Of a stretch of DNA of 64,000 bases, positions 30,170 through 39,557 are shown in pieces. A program made the position numbers and the translations under genes. Numbering within the stretch: position 1 is the first letter of the stretch; each line of letters starts with the position of its first letter. The notes beneath the pieces were generated by a model that saw nothing but the letters and a program-made list of their open reading frames with translations, was not told the DNA's origin and made no database searches. Source of the stretch: Candidatus Kaelpia imicola (GTDB taxonomy: Bacteria > Omnitrophota > Gorgyraeia > Kaelpiales > Kaelpiaceae); the NCBI GenBank assembly GCA_030765505.1, contig JAVCCL010000001.1:12306-76305 (forward strand), read 5' to 3'.

Positions 30170-31127
30170 AGATAGAGTCTTAAAAAGAGTAAAAGATATT
30201 TTAAAGATTGAGACTGAAGCAATTCAAAATTTAAACGTAGGAAATGAATATATAGAAGCAGCCCAGATGTTATTAGATTGTAAAGGAAGGGTTGTAGTCA
30301 CAGGCATGGGTAAGCCCGGTATTATTGCTCAAAAGATTTCTGCAACTATGTCTTCGACAGGTACGCCGAGTCTCTGCCTTCACCCTGCAGAGGCAGTCCA
30401 TGGGGATTTAGGCAGGGTTACAGCCGAAGATGTTGTAATAGCCCTTTCAAATAGCGGAGAGACGGATGAGATAAAGAATCTTTTACCTGTTATTAAACGC
30501 ATTGGCGCAAAACTTATTGCAATAACAGGTAATCTTAAATCTACTTTAGCCCAGATGAGCGATGTAGTTATAGGTGCTAAAGTAGATAGAGAGGCTTGCC
30601 CTTTTAATCTTGCTCCTACTGCCAGTACGACAGCTATGCTTGCTATCGGAGATGTTTTAGCTATTACACTTCTGGAATTGAAAGGTTTTGATCAGGACGA
30701 TTATGCGCTCTACCACCCGGCAGGTATCTTAGGTAAAAAACTGTTGCTTAAAGTCGAAGATATTATGAGAAAAGGTAATAACCACCCTATTGTTAAAATT
30801 GACGCTTCTGTAAAAGATGTTTTAATTGAGATTACTAAGTCCCATGCCGGTTCAGCCACGATTGTAGATTTGGGGGGTAAATTGAAAGGTATATTTACTG
30901 ACGGAGACCTAAGGCGTTGGTTAGGTAAAAAGGGTGATATTTTAAACAGAGAGGTTGGTTCTATTATGAGCGAGAACCCAAAAAGGATTAAACTGGGAAA
31001 TTTAGCTGTTGAAGCAGGTAAGATTATGCAAGAGTTTAGAATAGATGAACTTGTTGTTATAGACAGAGATAATCGCCCGGTCGGGCTTATCGATATTCAA
31101 GATTTATTAAAGGCGGGGTTAGTCTAA
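30153..31127 (+). CDS. kdsD: Arabinose-5-phosphate isomerase (KdsD/KpsF; SIS+CBS)
   Basis: GMGK, HGDLG, SNSGET, APTAST, TDGDLRR. Confidence 0.92.
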   Translation: MRQMDRDRVLKRVKDILKIETEAIQNLNVGNEYIEAAQMLLDCKGRVVVTGMGKPGIIAQKISATMSSTGTPSLCLHPAEAVHGDLGRVTAEDVVIALSNSGETDEIKNLLPVIKRIGAKLIAITGNLKSTLAQMSDVVIGAKVDREACPFNLAPTASTTAMLAIGDVLAITLLELKGFDQDDYALYHPAGILGKKLLLKVEDIMRKGNNHPIVKIDASVKDVLIEITKSHAGSATIVDLGGKLKGIFTDGDLRRWLGKKGDILNREVGSIMSENPKRIKLGNLAVEAGKIMQEFRIDELVVIDRDNRPVGLIDIQDLLKAGLV

Positions 31128-31130
31128 ATT

Positions 31131-31664
31131 ATGATTGATGAAAACGTAAAACAAAAATTAAAAGATGTTAAACTTTTAATATTAGATGCAGATGGTGTTT
31201 TAACAGATGGAAAGATTTATTATGGCAGTTATGGTGATGAGATTAAGGCTTTTGATGTTAAAGATGGTCTGGGTTTAAGCCTCTGGAAGAGGGCTGGAAA
31301 GATATCCTGTATATTGACTGCAAAAAAGTCACCGCTCTTAAAGAGAAGAGCGAAAGATGTTAAGATTTTTAAAGTCTATCAGAATGTGTATAGAAAAATA
31401 GATATTTATAAGAAGTTAAAAAAGAAGTTTAAATTAACCGATTCAAATATCTGTTATATTGGAGATGATCTTATAGATATAAGAGTTTTAAAGAAGGCTG
31501 GATTTGCGGCAACTGTTCCAAGTGCGCCCTCTGAGGTTAAAGAAGCTTCAAACTATATTACAGAGAATCCCGGAGGTTCTGGAGCTGTAAGAGAGATTGT
31601 AGAGCTCGTTCTTAAAGAGCAAGGCTTATGGGATAACCTGGTTCAAGATTTGATCAGTGATTAA
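31131..31664 (+). CDS. kdsC: Kdo-8-phosphate phosphatase (HAD)
   Basis: D.DGVLTDG, KDG.G, GDDLID, GG.GAVRE. Confidence 0.92.
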   Translation: MIDENVKQKLKDVKLLILDADGVLTDGKIYYGSYGDEIKAFDVKDGLGLSLWKRAGKISCILTAKKSPLLKRRAKDVKIFKVYQNVYRKIDIYKKLKKKFKLTDSNICYIGDDLIDIRVLKKAGFAATVPSAPSEVKEASNYITENPGGSGAVREIVELVLKEQGLWDNLVQDLISD

Positions 31665-32268
31665 CAGAGAAGATTGGCATATCCATAGCATCTATTCCGG
31701 TGATTCAAAGACTTCTCCTATTAAGATTGTAGATACTTCTATAAAGAGAGGCTTGAAGAAGATATGTGTGCTTGATCATAATACAATAAGAGGCGGTCTA
31801 GAAGCTAGGGAGCATGCTCGGGGTAAAGATATAGAGATTTTAGTTGGAGCTGAGATTAAAACAGACAAAGGAGAGATTGCAGGTGTAGGGCTTGAGAGAG
31901 AGATAGAGTCCAGGGAGCTTTTCTCTGTGATTAAAGAGATAAAATCTCAGGGTGCTAAGATCTTAATACCCCATCCCTATGGAGGCATAAGGTACACAAA
32001 GAGAGATTATAGCTTGGAAGAGGTTGGGCCCTTTGCAGACTATATAGAGGTTTTTAATGGAAGGAGTTTCTTTAATTTTTATCAGAAGAGAATTTTAGGT
32101 TTTGCAAAGAGATTCGATATAATACCTATTCGTGGAAGTGATGCCCATTTTGCATTTGAGATAGGCAATCTTAGCATAAGGTCAATTTATAAAGGAATAG
32201 TAGGGTTTTTTACAACGGGATTTTTCAATGTGATCTTTGCAAATAGAAAAAGATTAAAAAGAAAATGA
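31657..32268 (+). CDS. PHP-domain metallophosphoesterase
   Basis: D.HIHS, DHN, HP, GSDAH. Confidence 0.85.
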   Translation: MINREDWHIHSIYSGDSKTSPIKIVDTSIKRGLKKICVLDHNTIRGGLEAREHARGKDIEILVGAEIKTDKGEIAGVGLEREIESRELFSVIKEIKSQGAKILIPHPYGGIRYTKRDYSLEEVGPFADYIEVFNGRSFFNFYQKRILGFAKRFDIIPIRGSDAHFAFEIGNLSIRSIYKGIVGFFTTGFFNVIFANRKRLKRK

Positions 32269-32753
32269 AAGCTGTAATAATTTTCTATTCTTTTACAGGG
32301 AATACGAGAAAGGTTGCTTTTGCTATAAAAGATTTTTTAATTCAACAGAGCATAGAAGTCGAGTCTTTAGAACTTAAGCCAGAAGTAGAGAGCAAGAGTT
32401 TTATCAAGCAGGCTTCCCAGTCTTTATTTGCTATGAAAGTTAAACTGTCTGGGGAAGATATGCCGGATCTATCTATCTACGACTATATCTTTTTAGGTAC
32501 TCCGGTCTGGGCTTTTGCTCCTGCTCCTGCTCTAAGGAGTTTTATCCAAGATTGTGAGACATTGAGAGGTAAAAAGATCTGCCTTTTTGCAACTTATGGA
32601 AGTGGATTGGGTAAGAAAAAGTGTCTGGATAAAATGGAGAGTCTATTATCTAAAAAAGCCAAATCTATTGTAATGAGATTTACGATCTCTGATAAAAAAG
32701 TGGATAATAATGAGTATCTGCTGGATGTTCTATCTAGTAATATTAAATTATGA
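32265..32753 (+). CDS. Flavodoxin-family protein
   Basis: SFTGNT, GTPVW. Confidence 0.85.
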   Translation: MKAVIIFYSFTGNTRKVAFAIKDFLIQQSIEVESLELKPEVESKSFIKQASQSLFAMKVKLSGEDMPDLSIYDYIFLGTPVWAFAPAPALRSFIQDCETLRGKKICLFATYGSGLGKKKCLDKMESLLSKKAKSIVMRFTISDKKVDNNEYLLDVLSSNIKL

Positions 32754-34147
32754 AGGTAGCAATACTTGCAGGCGGTAGCGGAACCAGGCTCTGGCCTCTG
32801 TCACGTCCGAGTTATCCTAAGCAGTTTCTCAGAATAAACTCAGAATATTCATTTTTTCAAAATACAATCCTAAGGTGTTTGAATAACGTAAAAATTCAAG
32901 ATTTAATAATTTCAGCCCACAGGAATTATAAGTTTCATGTTTTATCTGATATCATGAAGATTTCATCTAAAGGTCAAGGGTTACCGCACTTAATATTTGA
33001 ACCCCAAAGCAGAAATACTTTTTCGGCGCTTCTTGGTATTTTAAACTACTCTTTAAATGAGTTGAAGCTTAGGGAAGATGAAGTTATTGCAATATTGCCA
33101 TCAGACCATCTTATCTCGCCAGCTGATAAGTTCTATGGTTTTTTAGAACTTGCTCAAAAACATGCTCAGGATGATAAGATAGTGATATTTGGTATAAAAC
33201 CCAGCAACAATAGCAGCGGTTATGGTTATATAAAGACTGAAGGTGAGAATGAAGATATCTTGGCAGTTAAGAGTTTTATTGAAAAGCCTGACAGCGATAA
33301 GGTTAAGGCTTTGATAGCGGAGGGGAGCTGTTTCTGGAACTCTGGTATGTTCTGCTTTAAGATAGCTACGATTGTCGCAGAGATCAAAAAACATATGCCT
33401 GATGTAGCCAGGTTTTTAGAGCTCAGTTGGAGCAATTTTATAAATAAGTTTAGTGAGCTCCCTAATATATCGATAGATAATGCGATAATGGAGAAGACAG
33501 GTAGTGCAGCTTTGATCCCGCTTAATGGTATAAGCTGGAGCGATATCGGCTCTTTCGGAGCCCTTTATGATGTTATGGATAAGGATGAGTCTAGAAATGT
33601 ATTATTAGGAGATGTAGTGGCCGAAGATACCGAAGGCTCCTTTTTGATAAGTGAAAAGAGGCTTATATCTGCTATAGGCCTTAAAGATATGCTTGTAATT
33701 GAAACTGAAGATGCTGTTCTGATTGCTCCAAAATCAGAGTCTCAGAAGGTTAAAAATATTGTCCAGAGATTAAAAGAGAAGAAAAGGAGTGAGGCTTCTG
33801 AGCATAAGACTCACTATAGGCCTTGGGGCAGCTTTAGTATATTAGAGGAAGGAGAGAGTTATAAGATAAAGCATGTGACTGTAAATCCCAAAGAGAGCCT
33901 AAGTCTGCAACTCCATGACAATAGAAGCGAACACTGGGTTGTAGTCAAAGGCAGGGCAAGGGTGGTAATAGGAGATAAAGAGAAGGTTATAGAGAAGAAT
34001 GAATCTATATACGTTCCCAAAAAGACAAAGCATAGGCTGAAAAACCCGGAAAACGAAATTTTAGAGATAATAGAGGTTCAAAACGGAACTTATCTTGGAG
34101 AAGATGATATTGTAAGGTTTGATGATAAGTATAAGGATTTAAGGTAG
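32750..34147 (+). CDS. manC: Mannose-1-phosphate guanylyltransferase/phosphomannose isomerase
   Basis: LAGGSGTRLWPLSR, PKQF, WNSG, RPWG, cupin SLQ.H..RSEHW. Confidence 0.95.
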   Translation: MKVAILAGGSGTRLWPLSRPSYPKQFLRINSEYSFFQNTILRCLNNVKIQDLIISAHRNYKFHVLSDIMKISSKGQGLPHLIFEPQSRNTFSALLGILNYSLNELKLREDEVIAILPSDHLISPADKFYGFLELAQKHAQDDKIVIFGIKPSNNSSGYGYIKTEGENEDILAVKSFIEKPDSDKVKALIAEGSCFWNSGMFCFKIATIVAEIKKHMPDVARFLELSWSNFINKFSELPNISIDNAIMEKTGSAALIPLNGISWSDIGSFGALYDVMDKDESRNVLLGDVVAEDTEGSFLISEKRLISAIGLKDMLVIETEDAVLIAPKSESQKVKNIVQRLKEKKRSEASEHKTHYRPWGSFSILEEGESYKIKHVTVNPKESLSLQLHDNRSEHWVVVKGRARVVIGDKEKVIEKNESIYVPKKTKHRLKNPENEILEIIEVQNGTYLGEDDIVRFDDKYKDLR

Positions 34148-34148
34148 T

Positions 34149-34520
34149 CTATTTAAGAAGAAACTCGATTAACTTTGTTGCCAGAAACTTCCTGAAGGTA
34201 TCTTTCTTGTCTCCCTTGATGCTAGTTATAAGAATACCATGATGGTACTCTTTCTCTTTCTTTTTCATCTTCCAGACAACTTTGCCCTGAATAGGAATCA
34301 AGATAGGCTCTTCGTCATCTATGGCGAGTTTCATTTTGATAATAGAATTCTCTTTAAGCGGCATCGGAGTTATAAGACAGATGCCTCTTATCGATATATC
34401 CCTTGTCCGGACATTCTTTATCTTTCTAGGGTCTGTTACTTCTACTGAGTACTCTATAGGCATTCTGCCGTATTTTCTTCTATTGTTCTTTACTTTCATC
34501 ATAGTTAAATTATAACACAA
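34149..34520 (-). CDS. PilZ-domain protein
   Basis: RRKYGR and DIS..G c-di-GMP binding motifs. Confidence 0.85.
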   Translation of the reverse strand: MCYNLTMMKVKNNRRKYGRMPIEYSVEVTDPRKIKNVRTRDISIRGICLITPMPLKENSIIKMKLAIDDEEPILIPIQGKVVWKMKKKEKEYHHGILITSIKGDKKDTFRKFLATKLIEFLLK

Positions 34521-34610
34521 TATGTTCTCTTTTCCAAAAATTATTGCCCGGATTAATATATAAAACTCAGTTTACGCAGCAGTTTTAAAATAGTATAATT
34601 ACTTTATATT

Positions 34611-36317
34611 ATGCAGGATAATAATACTTCAGACCAGATAGTGAATGAAATTAAGAGCCTTAAGAGGCAGATTGATGAATTTAAAAAGCTGCAGAGAGAG
34701 TGGAAGAGAGCTGAAGAGAATTTAAAAACGAGTGAAGAGAACTACAAAAAGCGTACTCAATCTATATATGATGTTGTCTATGAGATAGATTTAGGCGGTA
34801 TCTTTACCTTCATTAGTAATTCTATTGAAAGATACGGTTATAAACCCAACAATTTAGTAGGAAAACATTTTAAATCTTTAATCCATCCTCAAGATATAGA
34901 AAAAGTAAGCCGAGAGGTAGTTCTACCTCATTATTTAGGCAAAGTTACAGGTGATGATAAGTCTCCTAAGCTATTTGATGAGCGTAGGACAGGAGATAGG
35001 ATGACTAAATATTTAGAAATCAGAATTACTCCTAAAGATGCCCAAGGCGACAAAAATTATAGAATAGTTGAATTGCATGCAGCCGGGAAGTGGGGCGCAA
35101 ATGAGAAGGGAGAGAGTAAATTCGTGGGCAGCATTGGAATAATAAGAGATATTACCGAGCGCAAAAAAGCAGAAAAAGAACTCAAGTCTACTTATAGCCG
35201 CGCAGAGCATCTTTACAAAGAGTTAGAAGAAGAGAATAAAAAACTGGATGAGTTAAGTGAATTGAAATCTGGATTTGTTGCTAACGCGTCTCATGAGATA
35301 AGAGCGCCGCTTGCTATTATCAAAGAGTCTGTAAGTCTATTTCTTGATCACATGTCGAAAGACTTAGCTGAGGAACAGAAGAGTATATTATCTATGACCA
35401 AAGTTAATATAGATAGGCTTGCCAAGATGGTAAACTCTTTGCTGGATGCATCTAAGATAGAGGCGGGTAAACTCGAGATAGATAAAGAAGAAATAAATAT
35501 AAAAGAGATTATTTTGGATGTTGTAGTTGAGATGGGGTATCTTACAGATAAAAGAGGTATTGCTATTATCGAAAAATTGCCTCAAGAAGATCTCTATGCT
35601 TTCTGCGATAAAGAAAAGATAAGAAGAGTGCTTACCAACCTGGTATCTAACGCTCTTAAGTTTACCGACTCAGGGGGTAGTATTAAGGTTGAATGCAGCA
35701 AGAACAGTGAGGAGGTAAGAATATCTGTCTCAGATACAGGCTGCGGGATAGCCCAAGAGGATATATCGAAACTATTTGATAAATATAGCCAGTTCGGGAA
35801 GAAGAAAGATAAGGATATCAAAGGTACAGGTTTAGGCCTCTCAATAGTTAAAGGGATAGTCCAGATGCATGGGGGTAAGGTATGGGTTGAGAGTAAGCCG
35901 GGTGAGGGTAGTAGATTCTGTTTTACCCTGCCTAGGTTAACAAAGGAGGCTATTCTTAAGGATATTTTAAGTAAAGAGATATCTGTTACAAAAACCAGGA
36001 AGAGTTGTTTCTCTGTTTTATCTATTAGTTTTGACGATAATGATCAAGACAGGTCTTTGATACAAAAATTAAAAGAAGCAATTGATGATACATTACGCAG
36101 AAAGAATGATATTGTTTATGAACTTAATAATAAAATTATAGTAATATTACCAGATACTGATAAACGTAATGCTTTTACGGTTTTAGCCAGAATAAAAGAA
36201 AACTTAAACAAGCTTGTTTCCGGTAAAAATTTTAATATAAAAGATGCCGTTGTTATCTATCCTGGTGAAGCAAATAGCGTGGATGAAATTTTGAATAAGC
36301 TGAAAAAAATCTTATGA
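34611..36317 (+). CDS. PAS sensor histidine kinase with degenerate GGDEF-like C-terminus
   Basis: PAS, SHEIRAPL, NLVSNALKF, GTGLGL; tail TLRRKND...ILPDT. Confidence 0.88.
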   Translation: MQDNNTSDQIVNEIKSLKRQIDEFKKLQREWKRAEENLKTSEENYKKRTQSIYDVVYEIDLGGIFTFISNSIERYGYKPNNLVGKHFKSLIHPQDIEKVSREVVLPHYLGKVTGDDKSPKLFDERRTGDRMTKYLEIRITPKDAQGDKNYRIVELHAAGKWGANEKGESKFVGSIGIIRDITERKKAEKELKSTYSRAEHLYKELEEENKKLDELSELKSGFVANASHEIRAPLAIIKESVSLFLDHMSKDLAEEQKSILSMTKVNIDRLAKMVNSLLDASKIEAGKLEIDKEEINIKEIILDVVVEMGYLTDKRGIAIIEKLPQEDLYAFCDKEKIRRVLTNLVSNALKFTDSGGSIKVECSKNSEEVRISVSDTGCGIAQEDISKLFDKYSQFGKKKDKDIKGTGLGLSIVKGIVQMHGGKVWVESKPGEGSRFCFTLPRLTKEAILKDILSKEISVTKTRKSCFSVLSISFDDNDQDRSLIQKLKEAIDDTLRRKNDIVYELNNKIIVILPDTDKRNAFTVLARIKENLNKLVSGKNFNIKDAVVIYPGEANSVDEILNKLKKIL

Positions 36318-36694
36318 AAATAAGAGATAAAATAAGTTTATACTTTTTGGCAATAGTTTCAGTATTTGTGATTATTGCATCCTCTATTTTCTATAACACT
36401 GCCAAAGAGAATCTAAAGAGAGCAATATTTGAACATTTAAAAACAACTGCCATCTCAAGAGCGCACCATATAGAGACATTTCTTGAAGAACGTGAACAGG
36501 CTGTTAGGCTAACAGCAGAAGAAAATATTTTTAAAGAATTTTCAGGAGCTATTGCTGTGTATCTTAAAGCAGAAGAATTATTTAAAATTACATTAGACAG
36601 GACAGGCTTAGGTGAGACAGGAGAGATATACCTGGTAAACAAAGATAAATATATGATCAGCCCTTCTATCTTTCAAGAGCGTTTAATAAGATGA
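36314..36694 (+). pseudogene. N-terminal (TM/Cache) fragment of an internally deleted sensor kinase
   Basis: TM1, TGLGETGEIYLVN Cache motif; junction into HAMP remnant in another frame near 36666. Confidence 0.65.
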
Positions 36695-37827
36695 CAGAGG
36701 ATTTAAAGAAAACAACTATATCAGCGAAGAGATTAAATGAAGAGATTGCCGAACGTAAGAAGATGGAAGTAAACCTACAGCAGGCAACAGAAGAATGGGA
36801 AAGGACTTTTAATGCTATTTCAGATTTAGTTTTTATTCAAGATAAAGATTTTATTATTACGAAAGTTAACAAAGCTTTTGTCGATGTGCTTAAGATGAAG
36901 CCTGAAGATATTATAGGTAAAAAATGTTATCAGATATTTCATCATAGAGATACGCCTTGGTCGGGATGTCTTTTCAAAAAGACTCAAGAGAGTAAAGCCG
37001 TCCATACTGAAGAAGTGGATGACTTCATAACAGGTATTCCTCTTTCAGTGACCATTTCCCCGGTCTTTGATGAGAGCGGTAATGTGATAGCCAGCGTCCA
37101 TATTGCGAGAGATATTTCAGAATGTAAGCAGGCAGAACGAATCAAAGACGAATTTATCAGTACAGTCTCTCATGAGCTGCGCACTCCGCTTTCAATAATC
37201 AAGGAAGGGGTAAGTCTTGTGCTGGATCAGATTCCGGGTAAAATAAATAAAGAGCAGGACGACATTCTTAAAACTGCAAAAGAGAATATTAATAGACTTG
37301 CAAAGATTATAAATGGTCTTTTGGATATATCAAAGATAGAGGCTAAAAAAGTCGAATTAGAAAAAAAAGAGGTAGAGATTTCAGTATTATTAAGTAAAAT
37401 ATCCAGTATATTTAAAAACTCTGCGCGTGAACGTGAAATTAATTTAGAAGTAAAGAGTTTTCAAGAAGATGTCAAACTTTATATAGATGAAGATAAGATA
37501 ATTCAGGTATTTACAAATCTTATAGATAATGCTTTAAAATTTACGGAGAAAGGTAAGGTAGAGATAGCTATTTATGATATCGGTAAAGATGTTGAGTGTA
37601 GTGTTTCCGATACAGGTAGAGGTATATCAAAAGAAGACCTTCCAAAATTATTTGATAAATTTCAACAGTTCGGTAGAACCCCTGGTCCTGGTGCTAAAGG
37701 AACAGGTCTTGGGCTCTCTATATCTAAAGGTATAGTTGAGATACATGGAGGCCGGGTCTGGGTTGAGAGTAAGCTGGGTAAAGGTACTAAATTCATTTTT
37801 ACTTTACCGAAAATAGCCGTTAAATAG
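36691..37827 (+). CDS. PAS histidine kinase (cytoplasmic remainder)
   Basis: PAS, SHELRTPL, NLIDNALKF, GTGLGL; upstream in-frame YLSRAFNKM HAMP end. Confidence 0.85.
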   Translation: MTEDLKKTTISAKRLNEEIAERKKMEVNLQQATEEWERTFNAISDLVFIQDKDFIITKVNKAFVDVLKMKPEDIIGKKCYQIFHHRDTPWSGCLFKKTQESKAVHTEEVDDFITGIPLSVTISPVFDESGNVIASVHIARDISECKQAERIKDEFISTVSHELRTPLSIIKEGVSLVLDQIPGKINKEQDDILKTAKENINRLAKIINGLLDISKIEAKKVELEKKEVEISVLLSKISSIFKNSAREREINLEVKSFQEDVKLYIDEDKIIQVFTNLIDNALKFTEKGKVEIAIYDIGKDVECSVSDTGRGISKEDLPKLFDKFQQFGRTPGPGAKGTGLGLSISKGIVEIHGGRVWVESKLGKGTKFIFTLPKIAVK

Positions 37828-37838
37828 GAGGTGGTTTT

Positions 37839-38204
37839 ATGAACAAGATTCTTATTATTGAAGATGAACCCGAGCAAATTAAATTAATATCTATAAGGCT
37901 TAAAGCTAATGGTTATGATATTATATCCGCATCTACAGCTCAAGAAGGATTGAGAATTGCAGAAGAAGAGAAGCCAGATTTAATACTTTTAGATATTCTT
38001 CTCCCGGATATGAGCGGTTTAGAAGTTGCAGAGAGTCTAAAATCAGATATTACAACAAAAGATATCCCTATAATAGCTATTACTGCAGTTGGTACTCTTG
38101 ATATTGAAGAGCAATGCAAGGAGGCTGGAATATCTGGTTTTTTGCGTAAGCCTTATGAATCTCAAGATTTAATAGATAAAATTAAAAAACAATTGGAGGC
38201 ATAG
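37839..38204 (+). CDS. Single-domain response regulator
   Basis: IEDE, LLD, TA, KP. Confidence 0.9.
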   Translation: MNKILIIEDEPEQIKLISIRLKANGYDIISASTAQEGLRIAEEEKPDLILLDILLPDMSGLEVAESLKSDITTKDIPIIAITAVGTLDIEEQCKEAGISGFLRKPYESQDLIDKIKKQLEA

Positions 38205-38207
38205 AAT

Positions 38208-38576
38208 ATGGCTAAGAAGATATTGATAGTAGATGATGAGCCTGATGTAATAAAGGTGCTTGGGATGAGGCTTAAGGCAAACAATTATGAAGTTATATCG
38301 GCTCAAGACGGAATTCAGGCTGTCTCTATAGCACATAGAGAGAAACCGGATCTAATAATTCTTGATATAAAGATGCCTGCTCAGGATGGTTATGCTGTCT
38401 ATGAGAATTTGAGGATGGCTGTCAGTACTAATCTGATACCGATAATATTTTTAACAGCTCTTCCGCCTGAAGAAGTCGAAAAGAGAGTCCAGGAGTTAGA
38501 CGCAGACGGGTATATATCCAAGCCTTTTGATACAGAGAATATTTTAAATAAAATAAAAGAGTTAATACCAGATTAA
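38208..38576 (+). CDS. Single-domain response regulator
   Basis: VDDE, LDIKMP, LTA, KPF. Confidence 0.9.
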   Translation: MAKKILIVDDEPDVIKVLGMRLKANNYEVISAQDGIQAVSIAHREKPDLIILDIKMPAQDGYAVYENLRMAVSTNLIPIIFLTALPPEEVEKRVQELDADGYISKPFDTENILNKIKELIPD

Positions 38577-38591
38577 ACTCAGGAGGTTAAG

Positions 38592-39353
38592 ATGAAGATA
38601 CTTATAGCTGATGATGAGAAGGATTTAGTATTTCTGCTTAAGATGCGCCTTGAATCGGTAGGATTTGAGATAGCAACAGCTTATGATGGTATTGAAGCAC
38701 TGCAGAAAGCTCACAGCGAGAGTCCGGATTTAATCATATTGGATATTATGATGCCTGCAGGGGACGGTTTTAGGATATGTGAGAAGCTTAAGTCGGAAGA
38801 AGATACATCATCTATTCCGGTTATATTTCTTACAGCAAAGACCCTTGATAAAGATGAGAGAAAAGGTTTAAGTATAGGTGCAGAGTATTATTTTAAAAAG
38901 CCTTTTGAGGCGGAAGATTTGATTGAGACTATAAATAAAGTTTTAAAGAAACCCCAGCAGCTTAGAGAAGAGATTAAGCACTCAAAAGTCTGGAAACTAT
39001 TTTTAATTACAGATAATATAGATGTATTACAATTGCTTGAGCCAAAACTAAAAGAGGAGAATTTTCAATATCAGATTGCTCAAAAGAGAGAAGATATTTT
39101 AAGTAAATTAAATCTTTTTGATCCCCAGCTGATAGTATTTGATGTTTATGCAAAGAGCATAGATGCTCTAAGGTTTTTAGAAGAAATGAAAGATGAAGAA
39201 AGTATTAAGAAGGCACCTTTTGTCTTGCTTGCAGCGCCTGGAGATAAGGGCAGGTTAGAAGATTATAAAAATATTGTTCAGATTATAGATATAGTTGAAA
39301 ACCCTTATGATATCTTAGAGCTTATAGCTGTTATTAAAGCCCATTTTAAATAA
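38592..39353 (+). CDS. Response regulator with second degenerate receiver domain
   Basis: ADDE, LDIMMP, KPF; second domain ITDN..FDV..ENPY. Confidence 0.85.
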   Translation: MKILIADDEKDLVFLLKMRLESVGFEIATAYDGIEALQKAHSESPDLIILDIMMPAGDGFRICEKLKSEEDTSSIPVIFLTAKTLDKDERKGLSIGAEYYFKKPFEAEDLIETINKVLKKPQQLREEIKHSKVWKLFLITDNIDVLQLLEPKLKEENFQYQIAQKREDILSKLNLFDPQLIVFDVYAKSIDALRFLEEMKDEESIKKAPFVLLAAPGDKGRLEDYKNIVQIIDIVENPYDILELIAVIKAHFK

Positions 39354-39356
39354 AAG

Positions 39357-39557
39357 TTATTTATTATCGTAGAATAGAGTCTCCCTGTCGGATAGTCTGC
39401 CTTTTTCTATTAGCTCATCTATTAAAGTTTGTCTAACAGTATCTTTTTCATTTTCATAATAGCTTCTCGTAGCTGTTTTTAAATTAGAGAGTATGGATAA
39501 AAATATTAACAGAGATGTTATTAAGACCGATATTTTTAAAAAACTATCTTTTTTCAT
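39357..39557 (-). CDS. Small membrane-anchored protein, last gene of AmmeMemoRadiSam operon
   Basis: Likely ATG 39557 (MKKDSFLKIS) overlapping upstream stop; single TM. Confidence 0.6.
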   Translation of the reverse strand: MKKDSFLKISVLITSLLIFLSILSNLKTATRSYYENEKDTVRQTLIDELIEKGRLSDRETLFYDNK

